Assembly: GCA_017541375.1 (NCBI GenBank)
Contig: JAFXZE010000005.1
Location: forward strand, 126,183 to 150,182
Direction of reading: 5' to 3'
DNA: 24,000 nt
From: Clostridia bacterium
GTDB lineage: Bacteria; Bacillota; Clostridia; Christensenellales; UBA1242
Part shown: piece after piece, positions 1-6,505 of the stretch
Position numbering within the stretch: the stretch's first letter is position 1
Layout: the number at the start of each line of letters is the position of its first letter
Made by a program: the position numbers and the translations under genes
Notes under the pieces: model-generated
Databases searched by the model: none
Seen by the model: only the letters and a program-made list of their open reading frames with translations
What the model was told of the DNA's origin: nothing

Positions 1-1
1 T

Positions 2-424
2 TCTTGGAACGTTGAAAATGATGTAGAAGGCGAAATTTTCGTTCAACAATTAAAGAAAGTAATTGCTGACTGGGAAGTTGAAGCTACAGAAATTAAGGAC
101 AAGGCTATTGAGTCTTACCGTAAAAGAAGTGGTCATGACGACTCTACTCAACTTATTGAAGACACTTTCAAAACAAACTGTGTTATGAAAGTTGACGGAA
201 AGAAATACAACATTACTGAGAACGATGCTGACGTTTTACTTGCTATAGCTAATACTGCTGAAAAAGTTGAATTTGAATTAACATACTACTTTGAAGCACA
301 CAGTTACTGGATTATTGAACTTAACGTAATCCACAAAGAACAAAACGACATTCACCAAGGTAGCAAAGTAGTTGAAGTTGTTAAGACTGCAACTAACCCT
401 ACAACTGTTGTTTCTTACAAGTAA
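2..424 (+). CDS. Hypothetical protein, 3' fragment; paralog of the C-terminal domain of the downstream lipoprotein
   Basis: Frame 2 is open from the window edge to TAA at 422-424; the ORF track only shows it from an internal Met at 185. The translation (...STQLIEDTFK...AEKVEFELTYYFEAHSYWIIELNV...) aligns by eye with ...STQLIKDSFK...AKEVNFEFSYYFEANGYTIIEWNI... of 716..1567. A hairpin terminator follows. Confidence 0.65.
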   Translation, partial: SWNVENDVEGEIFVQQLKKVIADWEVEATEIKDKAIESYRKRSGHDDSTQLIEDTFKTNCVMKVDGKKYNITENDADVLLAIANTAEKVEFELTYYFEAHSYWIIELNVIHKEQNDIHQGSKVVEVVKTATNPTTVVSYK

Positions 425-443
425 TTAATAAACCAAATTAAAT

Positions 444-477
444 AAAAACTTGTCTATAATTAGGCAAGTTTTTATTT
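444..477 (+). terminator. Rho-independent terminator
   Basis: AAAAACTTGTC-tataatta-GGCAAGTTTTT: stem with one G-U pair, followed by a T-run, 20 nt after the stop codon. Confidence 0.6.
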
Positions 478-634
478 ATACCCTACCGACAATATTTTTG
501 TTTTATCGCACTAATAAATATAAAAATTATTAAAAAAGTAAAACTCTGTGTTATATTTTTTTATTAGACAGACTTTTCCTGTTATTTATGCCCAATTTTT
601 AAAAAATTTTTTCTTAAATTTTTATTAAATTTAC

Positions 635-663
635 TTGACAACACATCTTTGATGTGCTATAAT
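635..663 (+). promoter_or_regulatory. Sigma-A type promoter with extended -10
   Basis: TTGACA (635-640), 17-nt spacer ending in TGc, TATAAT (658-663); about 50 nt upstream of the AAAAGGAG SD and ATG at 716. Confidence 0.65.
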
Positions 664-715
664 ATGAGCAGACTTATGAGGGTGGGTTGGAATTAAATAA
701 AAAGGAGATTTTATT

Positions 716-1567
716 ATGTTTTCTGAAAAACTAAAAAAAGGATTATTAGCGAGTGCTCTAGCAGCGACTTGCGTATTTAGTATGGGCATATTCGCTGCTT
801 GTGGTTGTGGCGATGAGGACAAAGACAACAGCAACAAAGACAAAGCTCAAAACAACAGCGATAATGTTACTACTATCAGAATTGAAACCGTACCAGTAAA
901 TAGCAATGGTACAGCCTACGATGACAGTCATGTATATGAATTAATTGAAAAATTACTAGAATTGCAACTTCAAAAAGAGCAACAAGCTCAAGATGCAACT
1001 GCTAACAAACAAAAAGAAGTTGATCAAAGCGAATACCAAAGTTCTAAACAAGAAGATGGTATCGTTAAGGTAGCTCCTAAGAGCATTAACGACTGGATAG
1101 TTTATGACAACGGTAACTTCAAAACTTATGGAGAAGTTTGGAACGAATTTAAGACAAATGCTGAAAAACTCAGAGATGAGAAAATCGAATACTACAAAAA
1201 CAAAAGTGGTGCTGATGGTTCTACTCAATTGATTAAAGATTCATTTAAAGTAGAAGCTGCTGTAATAGTAGATGGCGTACGTTACAATCCAGACTGCAAC
1301 TTTAAAATGCTATCAAGAATTGTAAACGCAGCAAAAGAAGTTAACTTTGAATTTAGCTATTACTTTGAAGCAAATGGTTACACCATTATAGAATGGAATA
1401 TAATGAACAACAACCACGACAAATACAGTGATAGTAAAACTTACACACTTATCAAAACAACCCTCGAAGTTGATTCAGAGTACTACTACGCTGCCGCTAA
1501 AACTACAGAACCAGCATCTTCTGATCGTACTCCACTATACGGAGATCCTCACACAGAAGATAAATAA
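716..1567 (+). CDS. Putative lipoprotein of unknown function (paralog of the 2..424 fragment)
   Basis: SD AAAAGGAG lies 8 nt upstream of the ATG. The N-terminus MFSEKLKKGLLASALAATCVFSMGIFAAC has a positive n-region, a hydrophobic core and a lipobox-like FAAC, followed by an acidic/Lys-rich linker. The C-terminal domain is shared with the upstream gene. Confidence 0.75.
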   Translation: MFSEKLKKGLLASALAATCVFSMGIFAACGCGDEDKDNSNKDKAQNNSDNVTTIRIETVPVNSNGTAYDDSHVYELIEKLLELQLQKEQQAQDATANKQKEVDQSEYQSSKQEDGIVKVAPKSINDWIVYDNGNFKTYGEVWNEFKTNAEKLRDEKIEYYKNKSGADGSTQLIKDSFKVEAAVIVDGVRYNPDCNFKMLSRIVNAAKEVNFEFSYYFEANGYTIIEWNIMNNNHDKYSDSKTYTLIKTTLEVDSEYYYAAAKTTEPASSDRTPLYGDPHTEDK

Positions 1568-1569
1568 TG

Positions 1570-1598
1570 AAAAACTTTGCTAATAGGCAAAGTTTTTT
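1570..1598 (+). terminator. Rho-independent terminator
   Basis: AAAAACTTTGC-taatag-GCAAAGTTTTTT: perfect stem plus T6, 3 nt after the stop. The sequence resembles the terminator at 444-477. Confidence 0.75.
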
Positions 1599-1623
1599 GC
1601 TTTTCCCCTGTTATTATCCCTTC

Positions 1624-1656
1624 AAAATCTCTTGGATTCAACTCCAAGAGATTTTT
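1624..1656. terminator. Second, perfect 13-bp hairpin (bidirectional-terminator-like)
   Basis: AAAATCTCTTGGA-ttcaac-TCCAAGAGATTTT with an A-run upstream and T-rich sequence downstream (tgtttttgttttg). Confidence 0.55.
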
Positions 1657-1725
1657 GTTTTTGTTTTGTATTTGCGATTGTTTTGTCTATATTCCCCTAC
1701 TTACTATCGAAAAAACCAATAAAAC

Positions 1726-1754
1726 TTGACAAAAATGCTATTTTGTGATAAAAT
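1726..1754 (+). promoter_or_regulatory. Sigma-A type promoter with extended -10
   Basis: TTGACA (1726-1731), 17-nt spacer ending in TGa, TAAAAT (1749-1754). Confidence 0.55.
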
Positions 1755-1812
1755 ATACAAAAATGGGATGGGAACGGAAAAATCAAATAACTACTAATTT
1801 GAGGTGGAAGAA

Positions 1813-2496
1813 ATGTTTCACAAACCAAAAGACATTTTAAAAAAGTCAAATTATACTCGCTCTAGAGAAGTGTATGAAATGATGCAAAATGCCTATCAAA
1901 AAGAAGTCGCTGAAGAAGATGAATTCGGCGATAACAATATCCTCAAGGCAAGAATGGTTGAAGGGAAATACAAAGTTAAAATTTTAGAAAGTATGGAACA
2001 TAGGTTCTTTTTTGAGGAAGACAAATTTTTTGTGCCAAGCGCGCGTGAGGTTGATGATGTACGCCTAAGAAAAAATGCGCAAAATTGTCTCAAGATTTTG
2101 TTTGACTATACCAATCTTCAATATAAAGACATCTTTAAGTTGCTCACAGATGACTACTCTTGTCAGTTGTGGATAAATGACCTGACTATCAAACCTGAAA
2201 AGCATGCGATTAAGCTTGCATGTCTTGCTTTGGGACTTGATAAAATTTTTGCTAGTGGAAAGTTTGGAAAAATAAAGCAAAAAATTAACAAACTCATCCA
2301 CATGGAAAAGAGTTATGACCAAAAAGCGACGATTTTTTCTAGTCTTGTTGAGCGTAACAAAGATTTACAAAAAGAAATATTTTCTAGGTTAAAAACAAAG
2401 CCATGTAAATACTCAGACAAATTTGACACAAGGTATGATGCAAAAATTGCTGAAAAAATGGCTGAAAAATCCGTTTCCTCTCCCACCCCACTATAG
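1813..2496 (+). CDS. Hypothetical protein; possible degenerate XRE-like helix-turn-helix in the middle
   Basis: The long ORF starts at GTG 1804 in the track, but GAGGTGG (1801-1807) sits 5 nt before ATG 1813, which I prefer as the start. The segment YKDIFKLLTDDYSCQLWINDLTIKPEKHAIKLACLALGLD resembles the 'is.we.g...P....l.kla.aLgv' pattern of HTH_3/XRE domains; this similarity is weak and judged by eye only. Confidence 0.6.
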   Translation: MFHKPKDILKKSNYTRSREVYEMMQNAYQKEVAEEDEFGDNNILKARMVEGKYKVKILESMEHRFFFEEDKFFVPSAREVDDVRLRKNAQNCLKILFDYTNLQYKDIFKLLTDDYSCQLWINDLTIKPEKHAIKLACLALGLDKIFASGKFGKIKQKINKLIHMEKSYDQKATIFSSLVERNKDLQKEIFSRLKTKPCKYSDKFDTRYDAKIAEKMAEKSVSSPTPL

Positions 2497-2504
2497 GATA
2501 AAAA

Positions 2505-2531
2505 GTGCTACTAAAAAGGTAGCCTTTTTTA
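2505..2531 (+). terminator. Rho-independent terminator
   Basis: GCTAC-taaaaag-GTAGC followed by CTTTTTT, 10 nt after the TAG stop. Confidence 0.55.
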
Positions 2532-2573
2532 TATGGTGAGATAAAAACATTTTAATATTTTTTGTAAATTTGA

Positions 2574-2602
2574 TTGACTTTTTAATCCAAACAATTTAAA
2601 CT
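2574..2602 (+). promoter_or_regulatory. Candidate sigma-A type promoter
   Basis: TTGACT (2574-2579), 17-nt spacer, TAAACT (2597-2602). The -10 is weaker than at the other promoters. Confidence 0.35.
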
Positions 2603-2654
2603 AAATTATACATAATGCTTATACTTTTGCAAAAAATAAAATTAGGAGAAACCA

Positions 2655-3614
2655 ATGGAAAGCAAATCAACCAATTATCGCTACTATATAATTGGGGCTA
2701 TTGTAGTTGTGGCACTCGCATTGCTGACTATACTAATCGTAAAGATAGCATCAAATGACATACCAGAGATTGATGTTGATAACAACTCACATAACACCCA
2801 AAATGACACTATTCAGACCTATTCCTCAACTGATGTAACTAGCAGTAATGTAACCACAGGTAAGATATGGACAGAAACAAATAACAACATGACCACAATG
2901 ATTGCCCGCCCTGCTGATAACTACATGTTTGGTTATTGGAATGTCACTGTAAATAGCACCACAAAAAAGTATTCTGCGATGGACACTATCGTAGTGCCTA
3001 GTGAAACGGCTAGCAACTACACTGCCGTGTTTATTTCAAACTCGAAGATATTACACATTACTACACTTGCTCAGTTTAGCAGCAATGCCACTAATGCATC
3101 TTATGATATGTTTGTCCTTGATAATGATATTGATGCAACAGGGGTAACATATAGTACTATTTCTGACTTTTATCAAAAAATATTTGATGGTAATGGACAT
3201 GTTATCAGAAATCTAAGCGCATCCCCCGGAGGAAATGAAAATTTTGGTGGTCTATTAAAGGGAGCTACTGACAGTGTTGTAAAAAATCTTACTTTAGATA
3301 ACTGCTCTATTGTCGACACTGGTTCAACTACAGTAAAAAAATTAGGTGGTATAGTTGGTCACACAATACGTAGTATAATATCAAATTGCGTATTCAGAGG
3401 TACAGTAAAGACCACTAAATCAGACTGCTCTGTAGGAGCATTTATCGGAGCAGCTTCTGGAAATACAGCCACAAGCTGTATAGAAAACTGCACCTATCAA
3501 GGAGCTGCTATCGGTGGAGCTGTCGCTGGTATGATGATAGGAAGTAACCCAAGCATGGCGTGTATTCTAAGAAACAACAAGAGCGAAGGTAGCGCTCAAG
3601 GCCCAATATCATAG
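2655..3614 (+). CDS. Membrane-anchored GLUG-motif (beta-helix repeat) protein
   Basis: SD AGGAGA precedes ATG 2655. There is one N-terminal TM helix (YYIIGAIVVVALALLTILIV). FDGNGHVIRNL is followed by repeats NFGGLLKG...VKNLTLDNCSIV, KLGGIVGH...ISNCVFRGTV and VGAFIGAASG...IENCTYQG, matching the GLUG pattern GG(L/I)xG...N(C/L)...G. Confidence 0.65.
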   Translation: MESKSTNYRYYIIGAIVVVALALLTILIVKIASNDIPEIDVDNNSHNTQNDTIQTYSSTDVTSSNVTTGKIWTETNNNMTTMIARPADNYMFGYWNVTVNSTTKKYSAMDTIVVPSETASNYTAVFISNSKILHITTLAQFSSNATNASYDMFVLDNDIDATGVTYSTISDFYQKIFDGNGHVIRNLSASPGGNENFGGLLKGATDSVVKNLTLDNCSIVDTGSTTVKKLGGIVGHTIRSIISNCVFRGTVKTTKSDCSVGAFIGAASGNTATSCIENCTYQGAAIGGAVAGMMIGSNPSMACILRNNKSEGSAQGPIS

Positions 3615-3638
3615 AAAAAAGACCGACCGGTCTTTTTT
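3615..3638. terminator. Bidirectional terminator between convergent genes
   Basis: AAAAAAGACC-gacc-GGTCTTTTTT, with an A-run on one side and a T-run on the other; lies between the stops at 3614 (+) and 3648 (-). Confidence 0.7.
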
Positions 3639-3647
3639 ATTATGTTC

Positions 3648-3950
3648 TCATTTTTTAATCTTTACTAAGTCAGCATAAGTTGTTTTTATTATATCTATCA
3701 AATACTCGCTATCCTCTACATTTTCTATCATGTACATCGGCTTTGCATTTTTATATGGAATTATTTCCGCAAGGTCGTAAGACTTGTTTGACTCAGTCCG
3801 TTTTACCAAAAACCTATCGTCATAAATCCCCCCAAATACAACACCGTTGTAGTAAAACACACACTCCCCCATCATATATCGAAAACTAATACCAGAAATA
3901 CTAGATAATTGCTCCGCAATAAACTCTTTAAATTCTTTTGTAGATGCCAT
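3648..3950 (-). CDS. TfoX N-terminal domain protein
   Basis: From Met at 3950: MASTKEFKEFIAEQLSSISGISFRYMMGECVFYYNGVVFGGIYDDRFLVK..., which matches the TfoX_N pattern (..fmG...ly.nG.mfg.i.dd.lylK). The 21-codon N-terminal extension in the track overlaps the upstream gene and has no SD. Confidence 0.75.
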   Translation of the reverse strand: MASTKEFKEFIAEQLSSISGISFRYMMGECVFYYNGVVFGGIYDDRFLVKRTESNKSYDLAEIIPYKNAKPMYMIENVEDSEYLIDIIKTTYADLVKIKK

Positions 3951-3951
3951 A

Positions 3952-4206
3952 TTATCCTCGCTTCCACCTTTTGAGCGTGGGAAATAATTTGGTGCAAAAG
4001 GTACGCATCTCATCGTTGGTCATCCCTGCTTGTGAACCATATTGCGAGCACATATCGATATATTCTTCCATACTCACTTTATCAATAAATTCTCCATTTC
4101 GATAGCAGTATTTACAATAATCTTTACTGAATTTGCCGTCTTTTTCTGTCCCAAGTTCATCTTTATTTTTTAGTGGCATTCCACAACTTTGACAAATCTT
4201 TTCCAT
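3952..4206 (-). CDS. Zinc-ribbon domain protein
   Basis: SD AAAGGAGAA precedes the ATG. CQSCGMP...(26 aa)...CKYC forms a CxxC...CxxC ribbon, followed by a small helical C-terminal part. The stop codon lies 1 nt before the TfoX_N start. Confidence 0.7.
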   Translation of the reverse strand: MEKICQSCGMPLKNKDELGTEKDGKFSKDYCKYCYRNGEFIDKVSMEEYIDMCSQYGSQAGMTNDEMRTFCTKLFPTLKRWKRG

Positions 4207-4226
4207 AGTATTCTCCTTTTGTGGAT

Positions 4227-4255
4227 ATTATATCATAAATAACTAAAAATAGAAA
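4227..4255 (-). promoter_or_regulatory. Candidate promoter for the zinc-ribbon/TfoX_N pair
   Basis: On the minus strand: TTTCTA, 17 nt, TGaTATAAT. The extended -10 is good and the -35 is weak. Confidence 0.4.
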
Positions 4256-4308
4256 CTAAATGTTATAATAATATCAATACTAACCTCATATAATAGGCTG
4301 AGGTGAAT

Positions 4309-4569
4309 ATGGAAAATCCTATCAAAAACCACAAACTAATTTGTGAAAATCAAAAATATCTTTGTCTTACAGGAGTCGAAAAAACTGACACAGCCTCCCC
4401 CACTCATTTTAGTTGTGTGATAAATGGCAAAAGGCTAAATATCGTGGGCAAAAACCTAACCGTTAAAAAATTAGATGTAGCCGAAGGTGTGGTAGAACTC
4501 GAGGGCGATATCGAAGAAATAAAATATCAAGACTCTAAAACTCCGCTGATAAAAAGGTTGTTTCGCTAA
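4309..4569 (+). CDS. yabP: YabP family protein
   Basis: GAGG at 4300-4303 lies 5 nt before ATG 4309. LCLTGVEK...LNIVGKNLTVKKLDVAEGVVELEGDIEEIKY resembles B. subtilis YabP (...IRGQNLQMKNLDVDKGVVSIKGRV..), and the gene has yabQ/divIC synteny. Confidence 0.8.
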   Translation: MENPIKNHKLICENQKYLCLTGVEKTDTASPTHFSCVINGKRLNIVGKNLTVKKLDVAEGVVELEGDIEEIKYQDSKTPLIKRLFR

Positions 4570-4889
4570 TGTTATTCACCAGCCTAAACCAAGGTTGGCT
4601 TTTTTTGATTTTTGTAAGTGCAGGATTATTCACATTCATTTTTCTCCTCCCTCTACACATTCTATATTATAAAGTTAAATCAAAGTGGCAAAATGTGATT
4701 ATATTTTTGCTAACCATACTTTATGGTTTTGTCTGTTGGATATTGATGCTAAAACTAAACTACGGAGAAGTAAGATTTTATATATTTTGCGCATACTTTG
4801 TCGGATTTTATATAGGAAAGACTATTTTTGCTTCCCTCCTCAAACTCAAATCAAAAAGTAGTACAATATTCTTTAGGAGAAAAAAATGA
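4569..4889 (+). CDS. yabQ: YabQ-like small membrane protein
   Basis: The start overlaps the yabP stop (TAATG). It has three hydrophobic helices. NYGEVRFYIFCAYFVGFYIG matches the YabQ signature N.GE.R.Y.F....G. Confidence 0.65.
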   Translation: MLFTSLNQGWLFLIFVSAGLFTFIFLLPLHILYYKVKSKWQNVIIFLLTILYGFVCWILMLKLNYGEVRFYIFCAYFVGFYIGKTIFASLLKLKSKSSTIFFRRKK

Positions 4890-5146
4890 TTGGTGTAAAA
4901 ATTCAAATTCTACTGATTTGGAGTTTCGTCGCTGTAATTTGCATAGTAATATTTATTCAGCGTGCTGAAATCAACAACAAACAAACCCAACTTGATAATT
5001 TAAAATCGGAATATAGTATAATTAGTAGCCAAATTGAACTTGCTCGCGATGAACTTGACACCGTAAAATCTGAAGAAAATCAAATTTTATCAGCTCGCAA
5101 AAGAGGCTGGGGCTATCCCAACGAAAAAAGATATATAGCAAAATAA
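4886..5146 (+). CDS. divIC: Septum formation initiator (DivIC/FtsB family)
   Basis: ATGA overlap with yabQ. It has an N-terminal TM helix, a coiled-coil segment, and a C-terminal ILSARKRGWGYPNEKRYI motif typical of FtsB/DivIC (AR..lG...p.E). Confidence 0.7.
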   Translation: MIGVKIQILLIWSFVAVICIVIFIQRAEINNKQTQLDNLKSEYSIISSQIELARDELDTVKSEENQILSARKRGWGYPNEKRYIAK

Positions 5147-5152
5147 ATTTGT

Positions 5153-5182
5153 TTGACAAACGAAACTCGAATTTGGTATAAT
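5153..5182 (+). promoter_or_regulatory. Sigma-A type promoter with extended -10
   Basis: TTGACA (5153-5158), 18-nt spacer ending in TGg, TATAAT (5177-5182). It lies inside the N-terminal extension that the ORF track assigns to the next gene. Confidence 0.6.
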
Positions 5183-5203
5183 TATCAAAAAATGAGGTGG
5201 ATT

Positions 5204-6370
5204 ATGCAGAGTTTTGTTATTGAAAACAAAGATTTAAAAAATCCAAATAACAAATATTTGTTAGATATATTTACAAAAAAACTCGATGATGAATTTTTAG
5301 AATATTTAAAAACAAGCGAAACAAAGGGATTGGACCTTTTTTACAACCTTTGCATTCTTCAAAAAATAAACCCACGAACTTTTTGTGAAAATCACAAAAA
5401 AACAATTCGTTGGACTCGGAGAGCTCGAGAACAAATTGAAAAGGAAAAATCAGGATTTTATGAAGAACTAAATCTAAAGGTACTCGACCTAAAGCTGGTG
5501 GATGTAACACTAACTAAAGAGGCAACCAAAAAAATAGTACAGATTTTACGACATGCCTCACGCTTTTTCTTTGATGTGCAGGTTCAATTCGAAAAAAGCC
5601 AAATTAGTTATTTTGAAATAAAAAACATTTCATCAATCTTACAAGTTGCGCCAAATCTCAAATTCCGTGGCGCGCCTGTAAAACAGCTTTTGGAAGCTGA
5701 ATTATTAAGCACGGAAATTGCTAATAAAATCAAAAAGCTCCACCTCTCACCTCTAGAAAAACTCATAATTGCCCACGATCACACAATTTTGGCTATAGAC
5801 TACGCCGATACAGTCAATTATGCAGAAATCATGAATGAGACTTGCTCAAAGCTAAAGATAAAATGTCACTATCTCGCACCCTCCTCCCCTCTTAGTGTGA
5901 GTTTTCTTATCTACGAACTTTGTGACCCTAAGTACAACATCAAAAAAGGCTCTTGCTATGTAGGAGATATCAATGAAGATGCAAAAAACAGCAAAAAGTT
6001 TATAAGTTATCTCAATATTTTGGATGCGCCTCAAGACATAATACTCACTCCGCTCATTGATTGCTTTACTATAGGCGATAAATACCTCACTCCCACACAA
6101 ATGCCAAACTTAAAACTTTTACTCACCACCCCATCACTAAACATCAAAACTTTACAATCAGCTATTCTTAATGCATATGCTACTTTTCAATTACCACAAC
6201 GTATTATGTCTCCTAGCACTATAAATGATGCTATAAACTTTTCTACAAAAATAGCCCCCAACAAATTGCGTAGCGGAAGTAAAAATCCCTTTTATGCCGA
6301 ATGGGAACAAAAAAAGGAAACTTCTACCCATCTAAAAAAGCGAATTACTCTTAAAACCTCACGCATTTAA
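5204..6370 (+). CDS. Hypothetical protein (388 aa), no recognisable domain
   Basis: The ORF is long and uninterrupted. GAGGTGG (5193-5199) lies 4 nt before ATG 5204, and the TTG start in the track at 5153 is the -35 box of the promoter. No signal peptide or TM segment, and no motif I recognise. Confidence 0.7.
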   Translation: MQSFVIENKDLKNPNNKYLLDIFTKKLDDEFLEYLKTSETKGLDLFYNLCILQKINPRTFCENHKKTIRWTRRAREQIEKEKSGFYEELNLKVLDLKLVDVTLTKEATKKIVQILRHASRFFFDVQVQFEKSQISYFEIKNISSILQVAPNLKFRGAPVKQLLEAELLSTEIANKIKKLHLSPLEKLIIAHDHTILAIDYADTVNYAEIMNETCSKLKIKCHYLAPSSPLSVSFLIYELCDPKYNIKKGSCYVGDINEDAKNSKKFISYLNILDAPQDIILTPLIDCFTIGDKYLTPTQMPNLKLLLTTPSLNIKTLQSAILNAYATFQLPQRIMSPSTINDAINFSTKIAPNKLRSGSKNPFYAEWEQKKETSTHLKKRITLKTSRI

Positions 6371-6396
6371 AGTCAAAATATTATTGACTTTTTTCT
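6369..6396 (+). terminator. Weak AT-rich terminator overlapping the ileS -35 box
   Basis: AAAGTCAA-aatatta-TTGACTTTTTTC. Only two G-C pairs; the 3' arm is also the TTGACT -35 hexamer. Confidence 0.4.
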
Positions 6397-6412
6397 TTTA
6401 TTGAGCTATAAT
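6384..6412 (+). promoter_or_regulatory. Sigma-A type promoter of ileS
   Basis: TTGACT (6384-6389), 17 nt, TATAAT (6407-6412). Confidence 0.6.
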
Positions 6413-6429
6413 CATAAAAGCGAAAAATT

Positions 6430-6488
6430 ATCCACTAATCCTGTGTTTGCTAGCATCTTATTCTAGCTAATAGTGGATGTTTTTGTGT
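6430..6488 (+). promoter_or_regulatory. Terminator-like hairpin in the ileS 5' leader (candidate attenuator)
   Basis: ATCCACTA (6430-6437) pairs with TAGTGGAT (6471-6478). Inside is a nested GCTAG (6449-6453)/CTAGC (6463-6467) helix. GTTTTTGTGT follows. The element lies between the -10 box and the SD AGGAG (6496-6500). Confidence 0.45.
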
Positions 6489-6505
6489 ATATAATAGGAG
6501 AAAAT

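Noticed and set aside
676-692. G-rich motif ATGAGGGTGGGTTGGAA in the lipoprotein 5' UTR resembles ATGGGATGGGAACGGAA (1762-1778) in the next gene's 5' UTR. Possible shared regulatory element or G-quadruplex.
   Set aside because: There are only two G3 runs per site, too few for a G4. The alignment needs gaps. The words also resemble the SD-like GAGGTGG common in this genome, so I cannot tell it apart from chance or a decoy SD.
631-843. Minus-strand ORF overlapping the lipoprotein promoter and start. Similar short antisense or intergenic ORFs lie at 956..1228, 1896..2322, 10562..10837 and 16795..16995.
   Set aside because: They run across promoters, terminators or well-supported genes on the other strand. 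They lack SD sequences and have low-complexity AT-driven composition (F/I/L/K/N rich).
5153-5203. N-terminal extensions suggested by the ORF track (5153, 6473, 1804, 4303, 21841, 23266, 4013, 23675).
   Set aside because: In each case a GGAGG/GAGGTG-type SD sits 4-8 nt before an internal ATG. The extension itself covers a promoter, a terminator or the preceding gene.
6380-6505. Expected T-box riboswitch upstream of ileS.
   Set aside because: The leader is too short (about 85 nt), and I could find neither a specifier stem nor the conserved T-box sequence. I report it instead as an unexplained terminator-like leader.
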